Shown piece by piece: positions 42,441 to 57,030 of a stretch of 64,000 nt of DNA (position 1 is the stretch's first letter; every line of letters starts with the position of its first letter). The translations under genes and the position numbers were made by a program. This DNA is from the human T2T-CHM13v2.0 reference genome, Homo sapiens: NCBI RefSeq assembly GCF_009914755.1, contig NC_060927.1; one strand, written 5' to 3'. The notes under the pieces are model-generated. The model did not search any database. It had not been told where the DNA came from and saw nothing but the letters and a program-made list of their open reading frames with translations.

Positions 42441-43783
42441 AAAGTTTAAAGTATTATCGATGATATTTTATGTTTCCAAAAATATGCAGAGAACTGGATC
42501 CCAAGCAATGTTGGAATTTTTATCTTTGAGTCAAAAATTAATCAAATTAAAATTATAAACTGAATTATTGCTCTATGCTAAGCACAGACCCAATTTCCCA
42601 TGGAAAGGAAGTAAAACACCCAAATTTAAAGAATATTCTATTAAAGTCCATTCATTCAAAAGTCATCAAACATTTACTATGAAAAAGTACTAGGTGAAAA
42701 TATATATAGCAAAGCTAGTTTAAAATATTAGCAAGTACAATAGGACTTGCTGTGTCCCATGTATGTCATTAAAAAATGGTCATAAAAATATTTTTTCCTA
42801 TAATGTTTTCCTGTTGCTTTAAGAAAACTGGTTTTTAAGTTTATATAAAATTATGTTATTAAAATCATTGTTTTACTCTGAACAAATGCTTGGCCATATA
42901 CATAGTGAATTATTATTATTATTCTCACCAATTTATACTACTTGAAAGAATTTCCACTTGCTAGGAATTAATTTTTAGAAATACCTTGATATTTTATGTA
43001 GCTTTAGTTAGAAAACATCAAACTGACAAAAATAATAACAACTGCAGAAGAAAAAAAAGTAGGGCAAAGGTGAGTGCTATTAGCTCTTTTAAAATCAATA
43101 ACCTTGAAGTGTCACAGAAACTCAACTGCTTCTTTTAAGTGCTTTTTTCTAAGTGTATTTCTTGTATGTAATAGATAATTGGATTTTATTTTTTAACCCA
43201 GACTTACAGTCTCTGTCTTTCAATAGAGGATTTCAGACCATTTGTATTTAGTATAACAACTAATCTATTTCCTTCAAGTAAAAGTATTTTATCCTTTTTT
43301 GTTATTTCTTCTTTTTAAATGTTTCTTACTTTTATGACTTCTTGAATGCTGAGTTCTTTGCCAGTGAAACATGAATACAACAACAACAACAACAAATAAA
43401 ATGAAGAACCACGTTGTATCTATACATAGCTATTTTTTAAATTTTGAGCAATAAGAAGGCTTGAATTAAACAGCTTGGAATTTTACCTTTTGATTTGTTC
43501 AAAACAAAAGCATCCTCACTGCAGTGTCCCATTATGCTGTTTATCCTATTATCAAACAAAAGAAATAACACCCTAGGTTATGTACCCTGGGAATAAGTTG
43601 AATTTGTTCATGTCTTTGAGCAGAGTAAAACAGAAGCAGCTATGTCTCTGTATAATGCCATCTGTGTTAATATCTCTAAAGTTTCTTCAATAACTCTAAA
43701 GCAAATTACCAAGGAATATGGTAACTTTTCCATTTTTCTACATTGGACAATAATTTGAATCTACTGGTTTCTCTCAGTCCATC

Positions 43784-44307
43784 TGTTACTGGTCGAAGGT
43801 GGCCAGGTTCTTGGCATCTTGAACAAAGAATTGGACAACACTCACAAAAAAAAAAAGCCAGGAGAGTGAAGCAACAAAAGCAGAGATTTAAGATTTTCTT
43901 TTTGAAAATGAAAGTACACTCCATAGTGTGGGAGTGGGCCCGAGCACAGGGGCTCAAGAGTCCTGGTTACAGAATTTTCTGGGGTTTCAATACTCTCTCG
44001 AGGTTTCTCATTGGTTACTTGCTGTATGCCCTATGTAAATGAAGAGAATGAAGTCAAGTTACAAAGTCATTTACTCAGTACGTGCCCTATGTAAATGGAG
44101 AGGATGTTGCTTGGTGCCTGTGGCCTACGTAAATGGAGAAGATGTAACATGGTGCATGTTGCCTTTGTAAATGGAGAGGATGAAGTGAAGTTGCAAAGCC
44201 ATTCACATTTATGTCATTGCTGAAGTGTTTCCATTTGATCTCGTTCTAGTAAGTCAGCATGAATCAGACTCGTGCTGCCTGCCTCCAGACCCTATTCTCC
44301 TGCATCA
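43784..44307 (-). mobile_element. MER61-like ERV1 solo LTR
   Basis: tgttactgg...ccaggttcttggcatcttgaacaaagaattggac...gcctccagaccctattctcctgcatca; perfect 4-bp TSD catc. Confidence 0.88.
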
Positions 44308-46201
44308 CATCCACTTCCTGAGTTTAGTGCATTATGTGCTGCTGATGCAGTCACAAAAGCCTGACTACTTTAAGGGCTCCTGTTTGAAATTTTAGAGATT
44401 GTCAACCTCTTCAAAATTGTCGTTTGTGTGTGTTAGTGTTAGCACCCACATTTGACTAGGAAAAAAATCTCAGTACTCTGTAAAGACAGGTCTCTGTAAT
44501 AACATCTGGTTTCTCTGGTTTGGTAAAAAAAGAAGCTTCATGCTTCATTATTTCTCGATTTCATGCTTTGGTACCAAAGACTGCCAACATTTCTGATCAA
44601 ATTTATACACTGCTCAGAAAGGATCCAACTTTATCGAAAGCAGGGCTTCCACAAATCACTTTTTCAAGTTTGGTCTAGAAAAGAAATCATAATATGATGA
44701 TCTTCCCTACCATACAAAAGTATATCATTAAACTATTATCAGAAATAGCATTGCAATGGGAGAAAAGGGGAACCCACTTTCAAAGCAATTTGAAACAGAG
44801 GGATTGATTTATGGCTTCATTTTCTTAGTAGATATTTAATAAGATCTTATATAATTCAAAAGTGAAATTATTGAATCAAATTTCTGAAATCATTTGAGAC
44901 ATTGAGAAATCATAAGATTATTGGCTATATTGCTCTAATGTATTAAATATTGGAGGCAAACAGTTATGTGAAATTCCCAAAGCTCAAAAAAAATTTTTTC
45001 TGATAGGTTGATGTGTAGGGTGACAAAGCAGTGTCCATTTCTCCCCAAGTGGAAATACATAGAACTTATAAATGCTGAAGAAATGTTACTTCTGTTCAAA
45101 CAAAATTAAAATTGAAATATGGATTTACAATCATTTTCTTCTTGATCTAGAAAGTCCCAAGACTTTCTAAACATAATGTCATTGGCTTACAGCCAAAGAG
45201 AATTGTTTAACATAAATTCATGGCTGAGAATTAAAATCCAATGTTCGTTAGCACAAGTCTCTTCGTCTAGCAAAGTGGGCCATGTGAAATTTGGGGGACA
45301 TTTTTTCCCTATGTATGTAAGGGTTTACAACCGTGCTTGTTATAATCAAAATGCCAGGTTAAAATTTATGTGATTTCAAAAATGCTAGATAAAAGATTGG
45401 TCAAGAATTTTGATTCTCTGTGTCACTTTCTCCCATGCCAGGTGTCTCAATCTTCCCTGATACCTCTAAGGAATGTGAGTTCTCTAATCTTACCTAGGAA
45501 TTAGTTTCCAGTCAATCACAGGTATTGCAAATCTTGATTTATTTATACTGGAACGACAAAGTAGTCAGTGGAAGAAGAAACAGGCCTAGAGTAACCCAGA
45601 AGTTACTCAACTACACAAACTTGGATATACATACTTATACAATTTTTTAAAACTCTGCCTTCTCTTTTAATTTAGACAAGCCACATCAGGACACCTGTTT
45701 TTTAATCATTTCTCTTTTTATTTGCTACTCCCTTAGGGTCATATTTCTTTCCTACCATGCAACTCCCTCCATTTTGTCTCACCATGGTCTAAAAGTTCGT
45801 ATCAAATTACACTCATAGGTCTATATCTTTGTTACCACATGATTAAAGAAATGAAGAATAATTTGCTGTCTTCTTCATTTAATGCCTGTGTGATCCTTAA
45901 TAATGGTAACCATAAAGCTACTTGACTTTCTTCCCTGAAGCTCTTGATCTTCAGTGTAAACAGTGATTCTATTTATTTGTAATATATATTCAAATTAAAA
46001 CGTTATTAACATTTTAAAAATAAATGAAAGTATGCTTTAAGTAATTTATTGTCATTTTATCTGATAGACAATTTGTATTAAATCAAACTGCCCATTTTTT
46101 TCACTTAAATATTTTATTCTGTTTTGTGCAAACTATAAGTCTAGTTTTTAAAATAATTCACATTGTATGAATATTATTATATTACATGAACATATTCATG
46201 C

Positions 46202-46558
46202 TGTCTTAGTCCAGTCAGGGCATAAAATTGGTCGCAACAGATGCCATACAATTGGTTGCTTATAGACAGCAGAAATTTATTTCTCACTGTTCTGGAGGGT
46301 GGGAAGTACAAAATCAAGGCAGATTTGGTACCTTGTGAGGGCCTGTTCTCTGGCTGATACAGGGCACCTTCCGGCTGTGTCCTCACAAGAGGCAAACTGG
46401 CTCTCTGGGATCTCTTTTATAAGGGCACTAATCCTAATCATGAGGGTTTTGTCCTTAGGACAAAATCAACTCCCAAAGGCCTTGCCACTTAATTTCATCA
46501 CACTGAAGGCTAGGATTTCAATATATGAATTTTGGAGGGACACATTCAGACCATAGCA
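46202..46558 (-). mobile_element. MLT1A/A0 solo LTR
   Basis: tgtcttagtcc...cattcagaccatagca; perfect 5-bp TSD catgc. Confidence 0.92.
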
Positions 46559-47866
46559 CATGCCAGTATTCAATGTTGTTAAATTATGCTCCTGACCATT
46601 TTACTGACCCCAAATTCCATATTCTCTTCATGCTAAATAACAATATCTTTATTATTGTCATTTACTTTTGAGTAGAATTAAAGTTTAGGTTTTGGCTTGT
46701 TTTCACAGTTTGAATTTAATCTTATTCAAAGAATTCCCATTGTACTTTCCTTGAAAAGTGAGAGAAATCTAATTCTTTGTATTTCTTTTATACCCTACCT
46801 GTACAAGGGAAAATATATTTTAGTTTTATTTGTTAGGAGAATTGTTTAAGTCAAATCTTTTTATTTTACTATTTACCATGACAGATACGTCACTGTTTTT
46901 TAAAATTTACAATTTTAATTGGATGTATTTTCTTATTTCTCTTAGAAAAAGTTAACCTCCTACATTTATGTATACTTTTTAAAGTAATTTCACTTGCATT
47001 ATTTCATTTGATATTGACAGTGAACCGGCAATAGAGTGGACCAGCCCTTCACTTGATCAACACTTCCTTCTGCATCCCCCAACTCTCCAACTTAAAATTG
47101 ATGTCACAAAATCAAGGATACTAAAAAGTTTGTCTTATGGGTATGCAGCTTCTAAAAGAGGAGATAAAACTAATGTTTATCCTCTTGAGATAGAGTATGC
47201 CCTCCCTCATGCCCCTTTGTTATTCTGTGGGAAAAGAGAAGGAACAGGGTTCTTTTATTCATTAATTGACTCAGCATATCAAATACTTCCCCAGAGTGAA
47301 TAAATTAATTACTCTTGATATCTATTAAAAATCTACCAATACTACAAATTAAGGAACTAGAAGGGCCATAAGATGTATTTTTAAAGTTTTAAAATTCTAA
47401 TATATTTCATACATAAAATAAAGTCAAAATCCTAACTTTTCCTCTTCTCTGGAAGATAAAAACTATTTTGCATTTAAATTATCAAAATTAGGTCAAATCT
47501 TTATTTCCCCAGCCTACATATGTGATTTAGTTAGGACAATGTTTCAGCAAGAAACATCTCATCCTCTAGATACTTTATTTGATTGAAAATATTTGATTGA
47601 TTCTTAAACTACACAAAACTATTGAAGACCAAGTCCAGAAGATCATTCTAAGAAGATTTTTTGAAATCTCTGCTATCAGGCTGCATTTACATTTTGATTC
47701 TTTGGTATTTAATAATATTTTGCATTAATATGTAGCTAATTCATGGAGGTTATTTTTGTTTGTTAGAGAATGGGAGGTTTGTTCTATTGACTGGCTGAGT
47801 TGTTTTGGAAGTGGAATGAACAGAAGACTTTTATCCTATCATTTTCACTTACTATAAGACAGGCTG

Positions 47867-48061
47867 CAGAGGTCAAGAAACTTTTTCTGTAAAGTCAGTA
47901 GTAGGCTTTGAGAATGGAAAGGGAAAATCAACAATATTATATAAGCACTTATACAATCATTTAAATGTAACCATGTATTTACACATGTTAACACCATTCT
48001 TAGCTTTCAGATACAAACAGTAAACTGAACTTGGCCCACAGTCACAGTTGGCTGGCCCCTG
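47867..48061. mobile_element. MER58-type hAT-Charlie MITE
   Basis: cagaggtcaagaaactttttctgtaaag ... ttggcccacagtcacagttggctggcccctg. Confidence 0.8.
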
Positions 48062-48294
48062 CCTTAGTCAACTGAGTAAATCTCTCTGACCCCAGTTTTC
48101 TAATATGTAAAATAGAATGATGAATAAGGACCCTCTGAAAGGAAGGTGGGAATTTGAAAGGAGCAGGAGATTAAATACTGCTTCGACAGATTAATAGCTA
48201 ACCTATTCTCAATAAAGACTCCTAAATTCTCCCAAATTCTCCTTGTTACTAAATCCAGGGCTTGCTTCCACTTCTAGTCTGATCGCTAGGCAGG

Positions 48295-48568
48295 TTTGTT
48301 TTTTTGGTTTGTTTTTGTCATTGTTGTTTTGTTTTGTTTTTTTGTTTGTTTTTAGACAGGGGTCTTACTGTGTCATCCAGGCGAGAGTGCAGTTTCACAT
48401 AGTTCACGTCAGCCTCAAACTTCACATGATCATCCTACTTCAGCCTCCCAAGTAGCTGAGACTACAGACACATGCCAACCTGCCTGGCTAACTTTTTTAG
48501 TTTATTTTTTGTTGACATGAGGTCTCACTGTGTTGCTCAGGCTGGTCTCAAACTTCTAGCCTCAAGCT
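48295..48568 (-). mobile_element. Alu (AluJ-like), 5'-truncated
   Basis: (GTTTT)n tail, agacagggg...ctcagcctcccaagtagctg...caggctggtctcaaact. Confidence 0.9.
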
Positions 48569-49039
48569 CTAGGCAGCTTCTCAGTCCACTGATTAACCTT
48601 TTTATCCTTTAAGAGCATTCCTTTTGTGGAGTCTAAGTCATTTTCTTCTATATCCATAGAAACCCATTTACACACCCCACCATAGGCCCCTCTTCTGCTA
48701 CCCAGCCATTACATAGTGGTGTTTCTCCATGTTACTTTCATCCCAGAGCCTCTCTACAGTCCCTCCTTCCTTAACAATCTTAACTACTTCTCACAGCAAC
48801 AGTCATCATCTTTATGTCTACTGGTGACTTCTAAGTTTTGTTCCTCTGTCCCGGTGCTCCCAGGCACCGGACCACCAAGACGTCACAACAGGCTATCAAG
48901 TTTTGCTTAGGACTGAAATTGTTTCTATTTCTGCCTCCCAAATTACTTCCCACTACTTTCTCAAGTTGAAAACTTTTCTCCTTTATTCAATCACCCCTTA
49001 ACCATTTGGCTTCTTTACTCCTGATATCTAGTTAATCGC

Positions 49040-49390
49040 TGTATTAGTCAGTTTTAATGCTGCTAATAAAGACATACCCAAGGTAATTTATAAAGGAAAG
49101 AGGTTTAATTGACTTACAGTTCCACATGGCTGGGGAGGCCTCACAATCACGGCTGACGGTGAATGAGGAGCAAAGTTACATCTTACACAGCGGCAGGCAA
49201 GAGAGTGTGTGCTGGGGAACTCCCATTTATAAAACCTTCGGATCTCGTGAGACTTAATCACTACCATGAGAACAGTATGAGGGAAACTAACCCCATGATT
49301 CAATTATCTCCACCTGGCCCCATCCTTGGCATGTGGGGGTTATTACAATTCAAGGTGAGATTTGGATGGAGACACAGCCAAACCATATCA
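49040..49390 (-). mobile_element. THE1B-like solo LTR
   Basis: tgtattagtc...acacagccaaaccatatca; 5-bp TSD atcgc/atcac. Confidence 0.94.
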
Positions 49391-50377
49391 ATCACCAAAT
49401 CTGGGGATTCTTCTTCCTGATTATTACTCCATCTCAAGGTTCTTGGATCAGGACATATCTTCATTGGAGCTGCAGCTTGAATTTTAATTAATACAGTTAG
49501 ATTTACAGTCTTTTTTAAATTTCCTATAAAGTCAGCTCTGCAGTTGAAAGGCATTAGTGAAATTTTCTTCAGGCTTCTCATATATATTGTAGAAAGAGCA
49601 TTTTTGCTTATTTTTCTATATTATTTGATATGTCAAGTTTCCTGAAACAGAATCTCTGTATTCATTTTCTTATCACTGAAAAGTATATTTTATTTATTGC
49701 ACATAAATTATTGCTACCTTTTTCACCCTATAATACCCTTTTATTCTCTTTAACTATGTACTTATTTACTTATTCAAGGAGGCTCAATCTGAGTAGTCTC
49801 CATCAACTGACTTAGTCCTTAGGAAAATTCACAATTTTTGCCACTGCAACCTTTGGAAATTAAGCTTATCCAGCCTGTATGACACAGGCACAGGAACTCC
49901 AAACAAGTATCCATGCAAAGTTCTTCCAAAAATCTCTAGTCCTGCGCTGACAATAACAAGAAGCAGGTCTGAATTGGAGTTTTAGAAGAAAAGCATTTTC
50001 TGTTTGAACTCACTTTCACTTGAGGCTGAGTACAGAAAGAGGACCTCATCCCATTTCCCAGAGCACTTGCTACTCCTAAAAATTCTCTTCAAAGACATCT
50101 CTTCTGGTATGAACTTCTAGGCTTCTGTAATACAGGCTGAATATGGGCTAATGATGATTCAAGATCCAACTTATTAGCTTTTAGTAAATCTCATGGGGAT
50201 GCCATGACCTTTGGAACTTTGTGTCTCCCTTTTATAGAGACGCAGTAAAGCATCTTCATATGCCACAGAAGACTTACATCATTTTAGTCAGGAGCATAGT
50301 GTTGTAATTGCAGTTTTGTTGAAGTTCGGGTATCTGTAGAAGAGTGTGTGTGCTCACTCAGTAGCCAGACATTTGAC

Positions 50378-50870
50378 TGTAGATACTTGCTATTAACTCA
50401 GTTACCTCTCGCTTTAAACTCACCCATCTAGGCTGTGCTTTGTGAGGCTTGGGCTGGAACTTTGCAAACTGTATTTCTCTTTGGACTGCTGGCTTTCTGT
50501 CAGGCTCTGACAATGGAGGGTGCTGAAGGAAGACATGAAGCTAATAGCAGCTGTTGATTGCAGGCTTCAGCTTCTTTGCTATTCTCAGAACCAGCCTCAC
50601 TGCATAATCTCTAACAGCACGATCAGCCAGCAGTACTCCTCCTCAAAGGTCTGAGGTCAAACTCCACTGGAATCTTCCTCTAAGACTAGGTTCTAAGGAT
50701 TACAGTCTGTTTCCTGGGGGTGACACTTGCTTCCTGCTATTATTACCCTCATGTTCTCTTTTCACCCTTTCAGCTCTCCATACCTATGCTTCTATAGTTC
50801 CTTCTATAAAAGTTCTTTGTTGAAATGCCCAGTGTGTTTTCTATTTTCCTGTCACAACTTGGCTGATAGA
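50378..50870 (+). mobile_element. LTR33/LTR41-like ERVL LTR
   Basis: tgtagatac...gggctggaactttgcaaactgtatttc...gttgaaatgcccagtgtgttttctattttcctg...ctgataga. Confidence 0.7.
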
Positions 50871-50974
50871 AAGAAAAGGATAGACTTTAGTTTAATTAAG
50901 GTTTTAAACAGATTACTAATGGAAAATATCAAAACCATAGTAGATATTTTGGAAGTAAAGCAGGAAGCTCAGAG

Positions 50975-51220
50975 CAATAATCATCGTTTCAAAAATAAGC
51001 TACACTGTTGAGTGTCTGTGATGTCCAGCATTGTAATAAGAACTTTATATTTATTAAATCCTCACAAAACCCTTGCAAAGTACCATCACTATCTCCACTT
51101 CATAGGTGAAGAAACTGAGGATCAGAGAGTTAAGTGACTTGCACAAAATCACAAAGCAAGTATGCGGCAGAGTGAATATGAAAACCCTATATTATGTGAT
51201 TCCAAATTATTCCACTCTGC
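50975..51220 (-). mobile_element. MIR SINE
   Basis: ggtgaagaaactgaggatcagagagttaagtgacttgcacaaaatcacaaagc. Confidence 0.85.
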
Positions 51221-51339
51221 CTCTCATTAGATGGACAGGCAGAAGGGCTATGAATGTGCTTAGTGAATAATACCACATAGCTAAATAGGATGGAATACTA
51301 AAGATAAATGTCAATTTAAAAGGTTTGCTTCAGAATAAT

Positions 51340-51505
51340 AATAAAGGAGGAGGGAGGGGACTTTGGAAGGTGAGAGATATGTTTATGATCTTGATGGTGG
51401 TGATAGTTTTAAAGGTGTATACATTTCCTCAAACTCACTGAGATGTAGACATTAAATATGCACAGCTTTTTATATGTTAATTACACTTAAATAGTTTAAA
51501 TAAAT
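51340..51505 (+). mobile_element. L1M 3' terminal fragment
   Basis: gatatgtttatgatcttgatggtggtgatagtttt...acattaaatatgcacagctttttatatg. Confidence 0.75.
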
Positions 51506-52494
51506 GATTTTGCTTCTATGACAGTATGTATATATAACACGTTTGGAAAAAGCAAAAAAATATACCAGTGGAGACTGTGAGAATAGAATTCTGAAAATGC
51601 AAGGAAAACACTTGAGATCAAAGGGACATATCCTATTTTGGACACCTATTTGAGTCAATTTGAACAAGTAATTTTGATTTTAATATTGGCTACCTCTAGC
51701 AAATTCACTTTAAGTCATATATTCATGTTACATTAGAAATAATTAATTTAATTTTTAGGGGATTTCTCCAACAATTTAGAGCTCCAGCTATTTGGTCGAA
51801 AGAGCTGAATTAATCAAGGGAGGAATGTAATTCCTAATCTGAGATCTAGGACTTGAAACTTGGATGCAGAATTTGGGCATCAGTTGTGGTGACAAGAGCA
51901 GGAGAGCCAAACAGGACAATGGTTATCAAGAATAATGGCTGTGGAAAAGCCATTGTAGGGCCATTGGAAGTGAAAAGAATCAGAGCATTTTCCAGAATTG
52001 TCACTGCATTGGATGGCAGCATGTTTGACATTTAAGGATTTGGTTATTCCAATGTCTACTGTGCTTCACAAGATGTGATATAATAGGAGTTATTTTAGAG
52101 TCTAGATAAAGCCTGTTATACTGTCACACATCCTGTACTCTGGCTGTATTTGACCTTGCCCCTAAGTATCTGATGCATCATGGGCTCACTTTAAGCACTC
52201 TCTAAATAGGATGCTATTACCAAATCCTCCATCTGAAAAACATTTACTCATTCTAAATGCCAATTCAAATTTTATCTGTTTGATGAAACAGTTTTAGGAA
52301 CTATCAAATAAGTTAATGACTCACTTCTGTGATTCCCTAGCACGTTATCTAAGTCTCTCTTATTCTGCTTACTTCTGTGTGCATACTCAATTATTCCTAT
52401 ATCTTCTTCCAACATCTCAGCTGTGGACAGAAAATTTGTCTTTTTCACTTTCTAAAACCATTTAAAATGGTGGCTTAAAATAGGTGCAATATAA

Positions 52495-52858
<364 letters not shown>

Positions 52859-54234
52859 TTAACGTTAATTAAATACACAAATATAAGTTGATTATTTGGT
52901 TAGGAAGAACGAACCATTCTACTGTCAAGTAAACATAAGGTTAAATACAAAGGAGTATGAATAATCACCAAAACCAGAAACAATTACTCTAAATGTCATA
53001 ATTTTATAATTTTAAAATATATCAAAGTAGTGCTATACATTAATGATTTCTGGTAAATTAAGCAACTTAGATATTCAGCCATGCTGTTTAATTACCTGTG
53101 TTCTTAAGTGTTACCAATTATCTTTCCTTTTTATATAGAAAAAAATATGGCTGTAAATCAGTAATGCATTACTCTGGACACGAAAAGTGAGTAATTAGTG
53201 AAGAAGATAAAAATGTTTCTTTTTGGATGAGCAAAGTGGCATTCTACAGCACCTAGAGTATGGACTGAGAAATAAAACTGAGTAAATCTACTAATTTAGA
53301 TTAAACGTCTCTTGAACTAGTGAATTCTATAAATTAATAACAAAAAAATGTAGGCTAATATATACTTGGAGATGGGAGTAGACAGTGTAGGAAACCAAAC
53401 AATTCTCAACTAAATGTAATTTATATGTATGACTTTTGCAACAACTAAATACCCTTTCTTCCAAGTTTTTAACAATATTATAATTAAGTGATCAAAGAGG
53501 AATGCCAGTGTTCTTATTACTCCCAGTAACTAATGTATCAAAACCATGAAGTTTGTTCAGTGATTCTTCCTCAGTTAATTCTTCTTCAATTTTGAATAAT
53601 TTGGCCCTATTCACATATTTTAGTTAGCATTATTTCCCCTTTTCTTAAAAGCTTAGATTATAAAGTTTATCAAACACGAAGAAAATAGGCTGAATAATTA
53701 ACTTTTTTTGACATTTACAAATAAAAATAAGTTTTAAACTACCAACCCTTTCTTCCTCTTTATTCTCCTGTATCCTAAATCTTTTGGCTTCTAATTTAGC
53801 AGTAAGAAATTTGTGATATTAAAGGTTTTCCTTTCCTAATAATGATGTATGTGTGAAGAGGCAAATATTCTGACAACTAGATATTAAGTTGATGTTTAGC
53901 TAGAAACTATGAAGTTCTCAGATGCAAGTAAACTCTTACCTTGCAATCTTGACCAATGATGCATCCATACACGCAGCTTTTGTTGAGCATCTCAAAAGTG
54001 TAAGAGCCAGTTCCTGCCAGAAAGGAGCAGCATGATAGTGCAAAAAGAGACAGAGTGGTAAAAAGCACCAAATGTTGGCTGAAGAGAATGAAGTGGTAGA
54101 ATTGTTTACCCTCTCCTGGGATGTTTGTTTTAGCATCTAAACATGGGAGTATTAGCATCACTTTTACAGGGTGTTTTGTGGGGGTTAAAGATGATAATAT
54201 TTGTAAAACACTTCATTTGGCAGATATTATAACT

Positions 54235-54680
54235 TATCATATTAGCCATTTCCTCCTGGGCATTCTACATGTCCCAACTTTCTGTGGAGTTAGGTGTGGC
54301 CCCATGCTTATATTCTGGCCAATGATGTTAAGCAGAAACACTGTGTATGATTTATGGAAAATGTCCTTTCAAGAGGTATACTTACATTTTCCTAACATGT
54401 TAAGTGATACACCGTTAACTGTTAATGTAAACATGTTGAGTATAGTTCAAGCAGCCTCTTGGATCATCAGGTTGCTCATGAGGGAGAGTAGAACAACAAA
54501 ATGGAAGGAATCTAGTTCTCCATAGGCATGAGATTGCCAAACCATCCCAGTATACCCTAATTCTGAATCCCTTATATGTTCAAGAGTAAAAAAAAAACCT
54601 TTATTTTTATATTTGCATGCTTTTATATGCTCATTTCTTTGTCCCTAATGTTCAGCATAACCTAATCTGAATTGATGCAA
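54235..54680 (+). mobile_element. MLT1 (H/I/J-like) LTR remnant
   Basis: gttaggtgtggccccatg...ttctggccaatgatgttaagcagaa...aacaaaatggaaggaatctagttc. Confidence 0.65.
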
Positions 54681-56839
54681 CTGACTACTCCTATTATTTC
54701 AGGGTGACATTAAAAGAACAGAAATTGAAGGCATGGAGAACAGATAAGAGACTCCTACTCTTGTTGGAAATATCTAACCTAAATGACTAAATCAATAAAT
54801 AAATAACCTAAATATGCAAATTGTAACAGTGGCAGTGGAATTAGCAGGTATGTAGCAAATGAAAAAATATTGAGAAGTGAGACTAGACCCACATTTCCCT
54901 TTAAAGAGGTTAAAATGATGATATGGAGTAAAATATAACAGAGATTTTATCCAGTGTCAGGAAATATATGGTAATATTAATCAGAATAGGGAATTAACAT
55001 TAACGAAGCTGTTGTGGAAGAAAATAATTAGTTTGATTTTAGACATTTTGAGTTTGGTGCACTGGCACACTATCTTGGGGAAATGTAAAGCAAATATTAC
55101 AGTCTTATACTTCTGCCTGCTGCGAACATAGGTTCTAGTGGATTTATTATAATTATTCCTTAATTTATTCAAAAGATTTTCTTAAGCATCTACTTTATAC
55201 CAGATACTGATTGGGGCCTTTGGTATTCAGCAGTGGATAATATAAAGTCCTTGTCTTCATTCTAATAAAGAACACATTTTATCCTCTTCTAGGACATGAA
55301 AAAGATAACTTCGTTTTACAGATTTCTTCTGTGTTATGATAGCACAGTAATTGAATTGATACCTTAGCATTATCCAGTATCTTAGCCAAAACTTTACTTT
55401 TTAACGTAATTTCATTTTATTATATTATACAATAAAAGAGCTAGCTGCTTAACCTTGAAATTTTCGAAATGAAAGAGTAATAGAAATAAGGTATAGAACA
55501 GAAACTAAAGGAAAACAGTCTTACACATTCCACTGATTCTAAGCAATGATTTTCTGAGTAAAATCTAGAGCAGCACTTTGAAATTGTAGACATTAATAAA
55601 GCCCATTTCTTCTCCTTGCCAGCAATTTGGAGAGTATTCCTGTATTATTGCAAGCATAAATTCAGTTACAGAACCATGTAAACAGCTCTATTAATATGTA
55701 TTACCTTCTTTCTTTGTTTCGTGAGGCTTCAGCAAAGGTCCTTATTTTGGTCATGGGAAAAATACTTAAAAGTATATAATTCTGAGATTACTGAAAAGTC
55801 AATGATTATTCTTCAGTAAGATGCACATGTTTATATGGATTTTATTAATCACCTCTAACAGTTTTTACATTCTTTAACTATTTTAGCTATACAGAATTCT
55901 TCAAACTGAGAATCACTAATATTCTTTTGCTGCAGTTGTACAACAGAAATATTAAACTATAGTTTAGGACTAGCTTCTGACTAGATAAATGGTTTTGAAC
56001 CAAGTCATAAACTTCAGATGACTGAGCAGCTCTGTTCTAAAATATTTATGTCTGGCATTAAACATTCCATAAAAATACCAACTTTGGTTTCCTGAACTCT
56101 TCTAACATTTTAAAGGTTTACATACCAGTTGCTTTGGGGAGCTTTCAGTAAACATTTTTTTGTAATGACCTAAGTTGCTCATTTCATGCACAAACCATAG
56201 GTCATCAGGTTCACTTATATTAATATAATACTATCTCACTACTAAGTTGCCTGCCTTGGGTTTGAACAATTAGGAGCAAGTTTAAGATGAATGGACTGTA
56301 TTCACTGATTTAGATCAGCAAGAAATCTCATCATCTGTGGAAGGACATCATATAAGTTTGCATTACATTATATAATTGTAATTGCAATACCTATCATTTA
56401 TAGGACAAACAGCTATAGTCACAGACATTACTAAGAACTTCATTCTTAAAAAAATCTAAAAATCTTATTCACTATATAATATTTTATATTACTTATGCAA
56501 ATAAGGATGTGGAACCTATTTTTACTTAAATATGTTTTTCGGGATACATAATTTAGGTTATAATAATCCTTTATATCTACTTGATATGTCCATTCAGCAG
56601 TTAGAGGCTTTAAAGCAAGTGTATAAATTATGCATAAGCAATATCGACTTTTTAAAAAGCTTCAAAATATAGCATCACAAGTTAAAAATCATTAATTTAT
56701 GTATGTGTTTGCTTAAGATTGATTTGCTTTATAATAATTTACTGAATTTGAGGGGGCATGATTATGATAAAATAGAGTCTGTGTTTTGTGAAGTCTGAAT
56801 AATAGATCAGGCTTGAGTCATGATGGTAATTAACATACA

Positions 56840-57030
56840 AGACACTAAATGAAGGGCTGGTAACTTTGGTTCAAGTCTCAGCTTTGCCATTTACTAGCTA
56901 AATGACCTTGAGCAATCTTTCAATAATTAGGGGTACTGGTTTTCTTCTTTGAAAATATATTTCTGCCTATATCCAGGAAAAACATGGGATTCACATCTGA
57001 TAATTTATATCAAAGCACCTTATATTTTAC
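56840..57030 (+). mobile_element. MIR SINE fragment
   Basis: ggttcaagtctcagctttgccatttactagctaaatgaccttgagcaa. Confidence 0.75.

Noticed and set aside
44145-44165. p53 response element in the MER61 LTR
   Set aside because: Some MER61 subfamilies carry p53 sites, but the two CATG cores here are 3 nt apart and do not form two RRRCWWGYYY half-sites.
50500-50525. CTCF site in the LTR33/41-like element
   Set aside because: The motif is degenerate here (gacaatggagggtgctg).
51846-52035. Overlapping 60/61-aa ORFs on both strands in purine-rich unique sequence
   Set aside because: No recognisable homology or clear splice sites, and the length is compatible with chance.
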